This document shows, piece by piece, positions 12,585 to 26,480 of a DNA stretch of 64,000 nucleotides. Below the pieces are notes generated by a model, which ran no database searches, was not told the origin of the DNA, and saw only the letters and a list, made by a program, of their open reading frames with translations. Position numbers and translations under genes: made by a program. Position 1 is the first letter of the stretch; each line of letters opens with the position of its first letter. This stretch comes from Epiperipatus broadwayi (Eukaryota; Animalia; Onychophora). The stretch spans positions 992,001 to 1,056,000 of the forward strand of contig JAQFVV010000005.1 in the NCBI GenBank assembly GCA_028023455.1, in the 5' to 3' direction.

Positions 12585-13936
12585 ATTCAAAGATCAGCCT
12601 TTCAATCTAATTGTGCATGCGTCTTCTGCGAGTGTTAAATAATAAATGAATACTTCACTCTACAATACAAGATATAGTATTTATGCAGGAATAAAAGGAA
12701 TTCTCTTATTCCTAAGACTCAAATTCTTTTATATGAGCAAATCTGAAGTACTGTTGAGTAAAGCGTGAGAGTAGAATTCTCACTTTAAATTACTATCTAC
12801 GATGTTGGAATGAATGACGTCGGTGAAATTGTCTAGAATTTACTAAACGTCACTCTAAGTGAAACTTAATTATAAGTAAATAAGCATTTATTTTTATATG
12901 ACGCTATGCATACAATTGTATACATTCAAAGATCAGCCTTTCAAGCTAATTGTGCATGCGTCTTCTGTGAGTGTTAAATAATAAATGAATACTTCACTCT
13001 ACAATACAAGACATAGTATTTATGCAGGAATAAAAGGAATCCTCTTATTCCTACAACTTAAATTCTTTTATATGAGCAAATCTGAAGTACTGTTGAGTAA
13101 AGAGTGAGAGTAGAATTCTCACTTTAAATTACTATCTACGATGTTGGAATGAATGACGTCGGTGAAATTGTCTAGAATTTACTAAACGTCACTCTAAGTG
13201 AAACTTAATTATAAGTAAATAAGCATTTATTTTTATATGACGCTATTCATACAATTGTATACATTCAAAGATCAGCCTTTCAAGCTAATTGTGCATGTGT
13301 CTTCTGCGAGTGTTAAATAATAAATGAATACTTCACTGACGTCATTCATTCCAACATCCTAGATAGTAATTTAAAGTGAGAATTCTACTCTCACGCTTTA
13401 CTCAACAGTACTTCAGATTTGCTCATATAAAAGAATTTGAGTCGTAGGAATAAGAGGATTCCTTTTATTCCTGCATGAATGCTATATCTTGTATTGTAGA
13501 GTGAAGTATTCATTTATTATTTAACACTCGCAGAAGACGCATGCACAATTAGCTTGAAAGGCTGATCTTTGAATGTATACAATTGTATGCATAGCGTCAT
13601 ATAAAAATAAATGCTTATTTACTTATAATTAAGTTTCACTTAGAGTGACGTTTAGTAAATTCTAGACAATTTCACCGATATTCATTCCAACATCATAGAT
13701 AGTAATTTAAAGTGAGAATTCTACTCTCACGCTTTACTCAACAGTACTTCAGATTTGCTCATATAAAAGAATTTGAGTCGTAGGAATAAGAGGATTCCTT
13801 TTATTCCTGCATAAATACTATATCTTGTATTTATTATTTAACACTTGCAGAAGACGCATGCACAATTAGCTTGAAAGGCTGATCTTTGAATGTATACAAT
13901 TGTATGCATAGCGTCATATAAAAATAAATGCTTATT
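12585..13936. repeat. Family A: 339-bp tandem repeat with central inversion (palindromic array)
   Basis: attcaaagatcagcc unit starts at 12585, 12924 and 13263. The array inverts at about 13336 and the reverse-complement units run to 13936. Confidence 0.96.
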
Positions 13937-15607
13937 CATTTAAATATATAAATGTTTACCATGTCAACTGGAAAATTAATTATTATTCTATGAATGAAAT
14001 TTAGATCATTATAGAAATGTCTTGCATATAAAAATGATGAAATATCTAATAACAAAATGTCTAATCTTTGCTCTCACCTGCTCTAAAGTTGTTTTTAAGC
14101 TTAGAACTCAACTTTTAAAAATGGAAAGAATTTTTCAATCATTATTAAAACAGCCAAAAAAAAAAAAAAAAACCAATGGGTAATATTTAGTTTATTATTG
14201 ATATTATATTTAGTTATTAAATATGATTGTCTTATATTGGCATTGTATTTGGATAAAGGTAATCAATGTTTAATGTTCTCAATTTTATTATTAAATGAAT
14301 TGGTTCTTAATACTGGATACATGCGTTTTAAAGAATGCTTGTTCTTTAAAAATAATTATCACCATTTGATGTCATATACTTATAAATGTAAGATTATATT
14401 ATGCTATGACGTTTATTATGACAAAACTATTTGCTTTGCCATTGTTCATTTTCTGTTTGAATATGATTATAGCTTAGGTTAGAGTATCATTAAGTCTCAG
14501 TGTCCTCTTATTGAATATGTAATGCATGTTGATATTATATTTTGTATTAGTGATCTCAGTTCTTTTAAATTGCATCAGGAGAGTTACAATTGTAACTGAT
14601 TATTAGTCGAGCATGCTTGGTTAGTTCCCATGTGATACCAATATTTTGTCTGGTAATTATTACTTTTTTCTTTTCTGTGGATAGTAAAACCATTTTTTAT
14701 ATCCATAAGTGCAGTTAGGAAGATGCCAGGATGGATCCATATGGCCACTCTAATTATGATATAGCTTAAGTTTTGCTTTATTTACTATTCCACTCTTATT
14801 TTGAATCTCATTACCAACAACAGACTTCAGACAGTAATTCTTGACATGGAGTTATATATGTCACATATATTTTGTCTGTTTTGTTATAGAAGTATAATTT
14901 TTCATACCAAAGAATGTCTGTTATAGATTAATAGAAAATTGAGGTGATAAGACAAAGCAAATAGGTAATTTATCAATATAATCAAGTATTTTTGTTTTTG
15001 ATATATGTGAGATCAAAAGTGGCGGATAATGTATACAATAGGTAAGAATGATTTTAAGTAGGGCATGTCTTCAACACATGTACTGATTAAATTCATTGGT
15101 ATAATGTTATATAATCATTTAACAAAGTAAGAGAACTAAAGGCTATATACTTTCATATTAATTAATAGTATTGTTATATTACTTCTGGAAATGAGGAATT
15201 TCAGAAATTATTTTATAATCTCTGGGATAATATAATATATCACTAATATAAGATATTTATAATTATTTATTAATACATTGTACAGGCTTAAACCTGCATT
15301 TATATATGTAATATATGCGGGGTTCGAACTCAGACTTTCACACGACCCACCACTCTCAGTGCCATCTTATATTGCTGACCCACCTGATCACACACATGTT
15401 GAAAAGATAAATAATCACCAATGTATGTATTTCATGCTAAACCAGCAACAAGGGCTTTGAATGTTCCATCATCAGATTTTCAATGAAATGGAAGGCTAAA
15501 GAGTTGTGAGTTGGAATAGTTTGAAACCTGTCCATTAAAGTATATAGATTGGCTATCTTAATATAAAGCTGAATACTGATTATATATATGTGAGGATAGT
15601 AATCTAG

Positions 15608-15651
15608 ACCAACTGATGATTGCTGGTTTAGCATGAAATACGTATATTGGT
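15608..15651 (+). ncRNA. Minimal type-I hammerhead ribozyme motif (family B)
   Basis: ACCAA CTGATGA T TGCT GGTTT AGCA T GAAA TACGTA TA TTGGT. Stem I is ACCAA/TTGGT, stem III is the palindrome ATACGTAT, and the cleavage triplet is AUA (15644-15646). Stem II closes with U.U instead of G-C. Confidence 0.8.
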
Positions 15652-16091
15652 GATTATTTATCTTTTCAACATATGTGTGATCAGGTGGGTCAGCAATATG
15701 AGATGGCACTGAGAGTGGTGGGTCGTGTGAAGTCTGAGTTCGAACCCTGCATATATTACATATATAAATGCAGGTTTAAGCCTGTACAATGTATTAACTT
15801 ACATAAATAGGGTGTAAAAGGTCTGCCCATCCCTCGCATATGTATATATATAAATGGATTATTCTCCTGTACATGAGGGGTCAGAATGACTAATATGTCA
15901 ACATGGGTAGGATGACAACCTTGGCACTAACAAGGGCTTTGAACATTCCATCATCAGATTTTCAATGAAATGGAAGGCTAAAGAGTTGTGAGTTGGAATA
16001 GTTTGAAGCCTGTCCATTAAAGTATATAGATTGGCTATCTTAATATAAAGCTGAATACTGATTATATATGTGTGTGAGGATAGTAATCTAG

Positions 16092-16135
16092 ACCATCTGA
16101 TGATTGCTGGTTTAGCATGAAATACGTATATTGGT
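16092..16135 (+). ncRNA. Minimal type-I hammerhead motif (family B, second tandem copy)
   Basis: ACCAT CTGATGA TTGCTGGTTTAGCAT GAAA TACGTA TA TTGGT; one mismatch at the base of stem I. Confidence 0.72.
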
Positions 16136-19100
16136 GATTATTTATCTTTTGATTATTTATCTTTTCAACATGTGTGTGATCAGGTGGGTCAGCAATATGA
16201 GATGGTACTGAGAGTGGTGGGTTGTGTGAAATTATTTATTGAAACTTTTATATAGAGTATTCCAAGGTATTTTGAATAATTGCTAAAATTTTATTATGTT
16301 AATGTAGATTTTGTAATTTTGGAAATGTTAATTTCCAATTCACATTACCTAGTGACCTGAAGTTATTTTTGTCAAACTTGTAAGGAAGATGGAGTATGTA
16401 AATACGTTATTGCCAACTTACATATTTTTTGATAACTTTTGACACTTTTTTTTTATACTTTTTGTGCTATCAAATGTTTGAAATAAAATATCATATAATG
16501 TATAATTTTAAATGCTGTTAAAATAAATTGTTATATTTTGCAGGTGAAACTTTAGAGGTGTCATGTCCCAACATTCTTATTTGTTGTTATTTTGTTGCCG
16601 TCATTCCAGTCAAAAGCACATGATTTTTATATATTTTGATTTCACACTAATAAATAAATTAATTTTTATGGAAGAATAAAACATTGATTAAACATATTAG
16701 TTAATGATTCAAATGTTACCATACATGATCCAATTTATTGATGGTATTTGAAATATTTTAAAAAGTTATGATTACTTTAATATTAGACAATTTATTCCCT
16801 TAAGAGCATACCCAATAGTACTTTACATATGATGAGAGATTATTATTCTTGTTGGAGTTTATTATTATTCTTGAGATATAGAATAGAATTGCAAAACATC
16901 ACTTTACTGTTTTTCAGTGCTACAAATACTGTCTAATTTAGTATTTGAATATGGTTGTACTTATTCTGAGACATAAGAGTGAGCTTTACATGGATAATCA
17001 TTGTCATTGATTCAAATATTATATTATATCATCATAAGAGTTGATTTATTATTAGAATGATTAGTATTATTAAAATAAGACTTATCCTGTCATCATTATT
17101 AGTTTAAATGCAATAAAGATAATTTTTGACTTTCAATCAGTATGTAAATAAATAAGCAAGTATATGATCCAGGAAGTTATATAATGCTCAAGCAACAAAT
17201 GACAACAGATTCCTTTTTTGATCAAACATATTTTTTTTAATAACTTTTCTGAGATGGAAATCATTAATTCTTTAGTCTGCGCTATCACTGCAGTAAACTG
17301 AACTGTATACTTTCTGATTTTAATTTAAATGGTGCTTCAAATAAATCTGTATGAGACCTAAGTCTCCGTACTGCTGTATGATTGATTAACTGTAAAAAAC
17401 TAATGTGGGAGATCAGTTTCCTATATTTAGCTGTTATTACGTTTTGTTTTAAAACATTTATCTGAAAATTGATCTCCTAATTATTTTTAGCAGTGTTTTT
17501 CATGAAAACTAAATATTTTTGATATATCTAGCTTTTGCTATGCCTGTTTATATTTACTAAGTACACCCCTCAAGTTTATGTTGTTGGTGCATCCGGGAAG
17601 AAGTTCCTACTTTGTATAATCTATTTAGAGTTGATAAAATAAGAGTAATACCTACTATACCTTTTTTAATACAATGTAGACCCATTATATGTATTAATAA
17701 ATGCTTATATTTTATGTTTGAGAGAATTAGTTAATATTTGAACGTTATTCTGTGGAATATTAACTCATTTCCCATGGAGAAAGTCTGTTTTTTAAAAAAT
17801 GTCAGTCGAGTGTATTTACCTCTCACTCACTCAAAAATATACCATAGATATTTAATAAGATTAAAATCATGTGAGTGAGTAGACCATAGCCAATGCAAAC
17901 TTTATCCTCATATTAATATTTGATTGTGTGGACAGTATAAATTGGAACATTATTATCGTGGAAGGTGACAAAATTATATGAAAACGATGTACCATGGGAT
18001 GGACTTGGTTGTTCAAAAGGTTCAAATAAACAACAGCAGTAATTCATTCATGCTGATTAATGATTGAAAAAACTTCAATAAATATTGATTTTACACTACA
18101 ATTGAATCTAGCATATTTTATAATTTTATATTTAAAGAATATATTTATTATCCTTGAGATTGTCAATTTTCAAACATTAAATACTTCTGCAAGATAGTAT
18201 ATTGGGTGTTACTCTAGCTAATTGGTAATTAGAAGTTTGACCTTATTTAAACAGATTGATCAAGCATTTTTCTTTTATAGACTTTTACGAAGTATGTTTT
18301 AATTCTGTCAGACATTCCTTAAGATCTTAGGTTTTTTTTTTTTTGTTAAAAAAATGTTTTGTTGTATTTTATTTTTTCTTTATGCTACATAATGTCAAAG
18401 AAATTACTTATAACAAGTGTTTCAATTAATTTGTCTCTCCCGAACACAAACCAAATTAAGAGTTATTTGCCTTCACACATATGTTAATGACTTTTTCAGC
18501 TTTTGCTTGGAGGAATGTAATTATCTAATAAAACATTGGAACCTTTCATTATAATTTTCTACTATTCTTTTACTCTCTTGTTATTCATGCTCAAACATTC
18601 TAAGATTTTTTTAAAATATCAAACTAGTTTGTATATCTGTCGATAGAATAATACTAAATCATTTACTAAAGATTTTAGTACTCACAATTAGTTATACAAG
18701 ATTCACTTAGATAGTGAAAGTATCATTTAGAGAATCATTGAATATAGTCTCATGAATAATGGCTGTAACCAGGAACAAGCTTAGCAGATTTTGAGTGAAA
18801 TTCTGTGACGAGATCTCACTAAACAAGTCCTGCCTTCAGATTTATTCACACTTCCTTAAAAACACAATTAAAAGAAATAAAACTAACCTATTTTAGAACA
18901 CTTTACTTCATCTAGCTGTTGTAGCAATCCTTTTAATGCTATAAGCTTAGAGGAAATTCTAAAACTAAGTGTGTTAAATTACTAAGATTTATCTAAATAC
19001 AATTCAAATTACAGTTCGGATGGCAACAAGATTAATAACAAGCCAACAATTATTGGGTTATGTGAATGCCAAAGGAATAGATATGAGACTATAGTATAAT

Positions 19101-20123
19101 TGTCTATTTTTGTGCATAGTGGGCGTTATATATTACATATAATGATTTTTAAAACAACTGAAAAAGAATGATTGCAGATAATATATTAAAAATAAAATAT
19201 ATCACATGAAACTAGCTATATAAAAAGCTTTGTTTACTAATCTGATGATTAATAGCTCTTTGGATTTTTAGCCTATCTAATGAGGTTAGGTTGTAGTTGA
19301 AACATAATCTTTTTATTGTTCAAGAGACAATTGGATCTGCAATAGAGAGTATTGAAATTACCAATATTTTCAATGCTGATATTAATATTACATATATGCA
19401 TATAAATTTTTATTGTTTTGTTTTTCATGCTGGATTCTCTGCTTTTTTCATCCTTGAATTTCATTCCAAATGACCTCCAAGTTTACATCCTATTATTTTA
19501 CTGATAAACACCTCTATCATAGAAATTTTTGATTTTAATACTTTCTTTCCTCACTGTATACTTTTTTATCAGTTCCTTAGTTTTTTTACTTATAGATGCC
19601 ATTTTCTTATTTTTCAATGGTTAGCATCTCATCTTTCATGTCATTTTGTTTTTATGCATCTTATCTCCATTTTTAATTTTGTGAAATAAGAAATTAAGTG
19701 CAATTTAACTATTGAAGTTAATTATATATCAAAATCAACTTTTGACTTTTTTTAATTATTAAATATGCACATTAATATAAAGTTTATACAATCATATTAG
19801 TTGGGGTTATAAACATTTCAAAAAACTATCATCAAAGTTCTATAGAGAAGTTGATTGACTTCTGATTACTAATAATTATTTAAATGTTTATAGTAATTAG
19901 GTTACTTATATTCTATGTATTAAATTGTTATATTATGTAATTTGATTTTTTCATTACTTGTATGATTAAAACATTATTTTTTTTTAAAAAAAGAAAGAAA
20001 AAAAAAATTAGAAAAATATTTAGACGTTTTACTATATTCACTACTAATCCTAGAAACTGAGCATAAATTTTGTTATTATTTTGGAAAAAAAAAACACAAA
20101 TTAATTAATAATTTTTTTATTAA

Positions 20124-20252
<129 letters not shown>

Positions 20253-20948
20253 TGAGTATAGCTTATAATTTGGTTATTTTGAAGCTAATTATTTGATATT
20301 GTTAAGGAAGTATTTATTGAATGGAATAACAGGAACTTCAACATTGAATTCTTGTATTATTATAATATGTTTTTTTGATGAATAAAAAAAAAAATATAAA
20401 TTCCTGTTTTGATTCTAGAGATTTATATTACTCATTACTTTCATTCATATGTTGTTGTTTTTCCATCTATAATTTAAAAAGAAATTTTTTTTTCAAGACT
20501 GAATCATTTCTAGATTGGGTATTGATTGTTAGAAACAAACAAAAGTTCTATTTCATAACTATCTCTAATTAGTTACATTTTATAGACTATACAGACTATT
20601 TATAACAAAAATAATATTTATTAATAAAAAAGTATGTTTAGGATTTAAACTAACTTTGTCACATTTGTCAACCACATCAGAATAATATCTAGAACTTTAT
20701 ATAAATAGATTTACATAATACATTTTATTTTTATAAAATGAACGTATTATGGCGTAATTACAATTTTTGTGGTGTGTTCAAACTTATATAAATCTTTTTA
20801 AGCAACAAGTGTTAGTAATTAAGAATATAAGTATATATATATTTATATTCTTAATTGTATATCATTTGCCACTTAGAAGTTTAATAGTCAGTGATAAATT
20901 TTAAAATTAATCTTACTAAAAATTTGAAAATTGTATATATTTTTTTAG

Positions 20949-21056
<108 letters not shown>

Positions 21057-21244
21057 TAAGATTAATAACTTTTAATTGGAATAAGTATTGTTTATATAAA
21101 TGTCTGCAAACATATAAATAATTATAATTATATTATATTTATTTGAAATGGATGGCATCAAAGTTGTGAGTGGAGGAAGTTTGACAATGGTAAATGAAAA
21201 TGTAACAATTTACTCTAGATAAATACTTTTCACATAATAAAGAT

Positions 21245-21320
21245 ATATATGAGAGATAGTGACCTGGGCCAACTGATGAGTGCTGGTTTAGCACGAAATA
21301 CATCTTTGGGGTCATTTGTC
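21245..21320 (+). ncRNA. Solo family B hammerhead fragment (motif 21269-21309)
   Basis: CCAA CTGATGA GTGCT GGTTT AGCAC GAAA TACATCT TTGG. Core and G-C-closed stem II are canonical; stem III and the cleavage site are eroded. Confidence 0.72.
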
Positions 21321-21710
21321 TTTTATTTTGTCTTTATTTAAGTGAATTTAAAAAGAATGGGAAAGTATGAAGGTGTTTATTATATCTATAATTATATACA
21401 TATATTTGCACAAATAAATATATTTATACAAGTGAAAATATCAAATCTTTAAATAAATATGCACATTTACCTAAATAAATAGATACACATACAAACACAT
21501 ACATCAATAAATACCATATGTAGATATATACCTTTATACATAAATAAATATGCTTATACATGGACTTATACACACACACACACACGTATAAATAAAAGAG
21601 AATATTATCATTGGCAAATGGAAGTAATAAACTAATGATCTATTACATGGTTTTTATATTCAGAATCCAAAAGTTATTCAATATCAGGTTAAATAATACT
21701 AGATGACTTA

Positions 21711-21900
21711 GTAATATATATTACGGCTATAACCTTAAGACTATGCTTTAGATTCACATATATATTTAGAAATTAGGTCGAAGATAAGAGTGACCGCTCT
21801 TGTCTTTTAAAGTCGTTAATCTTGTGTTTAGATTTATAGAGGTCCCTACTTTTGCATTTTAAGCTCTTAGTCTTAAGGTTATAGTCTTAATATATATTAC
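21711..21900. mobile_element. 190-bp MITE-like element with 33-bp terminal inverted repeats
   Basis: GTAATATATATTACGGCTATAACCTTAAGACTA (21711-21743) matches the reverse complement of 21868-21900 with 2 mismatches. Internal hairpin AAGATAAGAG...CTCTTGTCTT at 21781-21806. Confidence 0.7.
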
Positions 21901-24699
21901 TTGCGTAATGAGTATGCGCTTTACAAATTATTAATTACAACTTTAGATGGCTTAGACTAAAATATAAAGCTTTTTTATTAGTTATATTACTGGTCTCCTT
22001 TATAATGTTTATTTCTTCTTCCAAAATAAGCTATTTTATATTTAAAACAGTTTGATAAACTTTATCCATTTTATTTTTATATTATTTTTTTTTTACTCAA
22101 ACTTTTTTACGAGCTTCTGTACTTTTTTACTATTTGCCAATCCCAAGTTCTTCAAATTCTGACTGTATCTTATCTCTGACTTTTGACATATTTGTACGAA
22201 TCTTGTGAATTTTTTTTTTTAGACTCAGTTTGCTTGGATTCCAATGAAAAGGTGACTAGTTCTCTCTCTAATTTGTTAGCAGCACCATCTCTGAATCAAC
22301 GCTTACGTAACATAATGACATAGTGTAGCTATATTTCACAAAAATTTTAAGGTATTAGCATGTCTGGATCATGAGTTATGACATGAAATGTAGTGTGTTT
22401 TGTATTTTAATTCAATGGAATAACATTCTAACATTAAATTTTGTTTTAAATCAGGAAAAATTGTTACCGAAACGTTTGAAATGATTCAAATTGTGCTTGG
22501 CAGTGAAGCCACAAGTCGCAAGAATGTTTTTAAGTGATTTGCATGATTTTGTGATGACAGGAAGAGTATTGAAGATGGTCTTGATGGCAGGAAACCCACT
22601 TGGCATATTTCATGTTGATCCAGATGTACTAACTTGTTTAAATGATGGTTGAGAATAGCTAAACTATATTTATTTGAAATACATGCATTGATTCAGTCAG
22701 ATGGCACTAGAAACAGCTTGGAGAAAGAACGTGTTATCTTTTTGTTGGGGTATAATGTAATTTTGAGTAATTCTATTGCACGTTGATAGTCGAAAATCTT
22801 AGATTGTTCAGAATTTGATTATACATTCTAACTTTCTTGCATAATATCATTTTCTAACTGATTATTTATGTTTAGTATTTATGAGACTTTTCTCATTCTT
22901 CTGTTAAAAGTGCTACTATAATTTTTTTTTTTTTAATCCATATTATGAGATTTGGATGTCTGGGCTTAGACTTTCAACTGTAACTAATATCTGTAAGCTC
23001 TATGAAATTTTGGGGGGACGGGGACAGGACTTCTCTCTTGTGTGTCGTTCTTTTAAAACAACAAACAAAAGTAAAATAAATAAAATGCATGCATGTATGT
23101 TTTAGAATTCATTATAAAAAAAAAAAAATCTTAAGCAGTTCTCTTTCAATAACAGCAATCCTCAAATCATTTTATTCTTTAATCCAACTAACACTTTCAA
23201 ACAAAGGATCATTTTATTCTACTATTTTGCATTTAACATGCATAAAAAACAAACTATTATCACTTTATTATTTATGTAAGCATGAGTAATCAAGGAGTAT
23301 CAGATTTTGAACTGCAACCAACTGCTCATACAGCTGTATAAACTCGACATTAAATCAGGAACTTTATATTCTTATGAATTAATTGTACATTAACTGTAAG
23401 CTAAACAATCTTGTGATGTGTTGTTTGTTAAATATTATCCTTCTAAAAATGTCTAATGTTAGTACAGATGTCAACAAAAATATATTGACTTAATGTCAAG
23501 CCTATATAGCTATATATAAGTTGGTTTCGGTTTAAAATTTGGGATGTTGAAACTTTTGTTGTTTAGTTTGAAACATAAAAAAGAAGAAAATGAGTCTATT
23601 GGATGGATATGTGCAAACTATTGTTCTTTACTGTTGAAAGGCAGGTTGCTAATGCTAATGTAGATGAATAGGATAATAGAATGGTAGTATTGAAATATTG
23701 TAAGTTGTGGAAGTAAGATGATAGATAGAATTTTTTTTTCATACATTTATTCCGTTCCATTACTCATTTTTTTATTTGTTTGAATTTCAATATTTTTTCT
23801 AGCACAAATAGAAATGAATTAAATTGAAATTTATAAATAATTTTTTTTTGGAAATTATTTTATGAATGTTAACAGTAAGCATACACAGCTTGAATATTTT
23901 TAGCTCAAAGTTATTAAATTTCTATAACAATGACACTAAACTCTTAACACAATAGTATTTACATGTTCTGCAGAAGTTGCTCCTCATCCTCAATGTTCTT
24001 ACATCTTAGGCCTCTTCTGGTTAGTCATTTGTCTTTCTTGTTGCTTAATTTTTACTTCAAAATTCTGCTTAGTTTGATTTGTTAATCCATTGTTGTTTGG
24101 ACTTACACTTATTTATATGTATTTTTATTCATAAAAATAACTTAAAATGTTTATTGTAACTTAATATTTACTATTTGTTGCGGAAGTATGCAAAATTTTT
24201 AACAATCCTTATGATTATGCCAACATACACCAGCTGAATATGATCACTGATGTTGCCTATTGATCTTTACTCAGAATAATTGGTTTGTTGATTTTTATTT
24301 CCTGTTCAATACATAGATTGAATTTGAAAATGACTAGTTATATTCCATGGAATTATATTATTTTTGTAACTTAATTTTTAATGATGCTTAAATTTTTTTA
24401 GCTATTGACACTATACAGTGGTAACATTATCTCCCAAATCCAGAACCAAATTACATGAACTGACACTAGATGGCAGTACAATCAGACTCCTTTGTGTTAG
24501 GGAACTGAAATTTTTACAAACTATACACAAGAAGTAAGGAGATAGGGATGGTGATTTGTGACAGTAAATAAGGATATTCAAAATGAAATGGGATGAGAGG
24601 GAAATTAAAAGTATTGCCATGAAAATAGATGAATAAAAATGGTGTTCAATTGAAATATGCACAAAAGACTATCAATATATTAAGCAAGAAATTTTTTCA

Positions 24700-25800
24700 A
24701 TAGAGTTAATAGATAGATAGTTTATTTCCATGTATTTATAAAAGAAATGTGCTAACTGTGTAAATGTTACAAATTTAATAATTATAAGAAAGAAAATTGG
24801 ATAAATAAATTGATTAGAAAAAAAAAAAGAATTGCGGAAAACAAATAAGAAAACAAGTTACTTTGAAATTATATAAGAATAAAAGCTATATAAGGTATAA
24901 AAAAATTATAATATCACTAAATGGAGCTTATTGTTATTTGATACTATTATAGGAGTTATAGATAGATATCAATAAAAGAAGGCAAAAATGAATAAGGGTT
25001 TGATTTGAAGTATTGTTTTTGGAGTATAATTATGTGAAAAATATTAAGGATAAATTAGGGGAAAATTTAAAATTAAAGGAAATAAAAATGATGATGTTAT
25101 GATTTTTTAAGGATTTTATCATAAGATTGAGGAATATTAGAATAGGATAGTGAAACTAATGATATGGATTTTATTAAAATGGGTTAGGAGGAGAAAAAAG
25201 GCAAAGAATTAAGACTACAAAAATAATTGTTTAATAAGCAGCAAAAAGTTAATGAATTTATATAATATATAAAGGTTTTGGTGGGAGAAAAAGTTTAATT
25301 TGATTAGTAAGATTTCTGAGAGTATAGCCTCTGCTTAGAGTGGATAGAAATAGATTGTGGAGAAGTCTTGAAAACCTGGAATAGGTTTGGAAATTGTTAA
25401 AAGTTTTTACAAAAGTAATTGTTATAAATTCCAATTGATGAATTTAAAAATAAAGTAAATGTGAAACTAAACTGAAGTATCCTTTATCATCTTTATTATT
25501 TATTTTATTTCTAACAGAATTGGGAGATTGAAATAGAATGATTAGGGATAATGTGGAGCTTCATATAAAACCAGGAGAATACTGTGTACGTATGTAATAC
25601 GGTGTTTTTTTTTTTTTTTTGTGTGTGGATGATATGGATTTTTGGGCAAATAGCATGAAAGATGTGGAGTTACTAGAGAATTGTGGGATAGGAAGAAAAA
25701 AGTATGAAAATAAAATTCAGGGAGGAAAAGTGGTTAGTATTTAATAGGAAGGTTACAACTGAAGGATGGAAAATAGACTATATCTGTATTGAAAATGTGA
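24700..25800 (+). mobile_element. Possible highly decayed LINE remnant
   Basis: Purine-rich, codon-like composition similar to the other sense-strand LINE relics; no motif I can name firmly. Confidence 0.3.
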
Positions 25801-25937
25801 AAGGAGTGCTAATATTTAATTACTTTGTTAAATTTAAAAAGTAATTGAAAACAAAAAATAGAACAAGATTCACTAAATTTATGGTTTGTTTTTTCATATA
25901 ATAAATATAAAATTCATGTGTACAGGTTAAGCTAAGC

Positions 25938-26480
25938 TATACTCTTGTTAATTATTTTAGAAATAATACACAAAACGTTTTAACAACTTAACAACATATT
26001 TATTACTTAGACTATATACTATTAGTAGTTGGTTAGTATTTTCAGCTAGCTGCTTGCTGGTTGAATTCCATAAATGAAATCAGTCTTTATCATGCAGGCA
26101 CAGTTCTTTATTTCTCTCTGTTAATCTTCATTAACTTTTCATTATAACACTTTATTTAGAATTTTTCACTGCTCACAGAATGTGGGTTTCGCTAGCATTT
26201 TTCTGCTCACATGACATTTAGCACTATAATACTCTCTAACTTTCTGACTCTGTCTGACCCTGACATTAAAGTTCTGCTAACAATTTTGATAGCTCCACTA
26301 ATTTGTATAAGTAGTTTATTATTGTCCTTATGCAAATTAGTACATCCAGTTAGAATTGATAATTTACATAATTTTACTTATTAGGCATTTTCATTATTTT
26401 AGAGTGATTACAGATATCTTTTGTATTGAACACACAAACACATGCAGCTTTATTTATTACATAACCAGTCAGTATATAGA
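25938..26480 (-). repeat. 3' LTR of gypsy element
   Basis: Aligns by eye with 30569-31092 (ttaattattttagaaataatac; ggttgaattccataaa-tgaaatcagtc; acacacaaacacat). Confidence 0.8.

Larger units (their letters stand above)
15270..16230. repeat. Family B array 1: about 480-bp hammerhead-containing unit, with inverted arm 15270-15448 followed by forward tandem units
   Basis: 15270-15448 is the reverse complement of 15620-15797. The unit repeats (hammerheads 484 nt apart) and is homologous to 52186-53564. Confidence 0.95.

Noticed and set aside
12845-12885. Family A forward-strand candidate GTCAC-TCTAA-GTGA-AAC-TTAATTATAAGTA
   Set aside because: Stem III and a GUA triplet look right, but CUGANGA is replaced by CUAAAC and GAAA overlaps stem II; too degenerate.
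12585-13936. CRISPR-like or prokaryotic repeat interpretation of the arrays
   Set aside because: Units are 340-480 bp with no unique spacers, no cas genes are present, and the context is spliceosomal introns.
22440-22850. CCGAAACGTT (PLE hammerhead 3' half) next to a GC-richer block
   Set aside because: There is no upstream CUGANGA, and no protein motif could be assigned on either strand.
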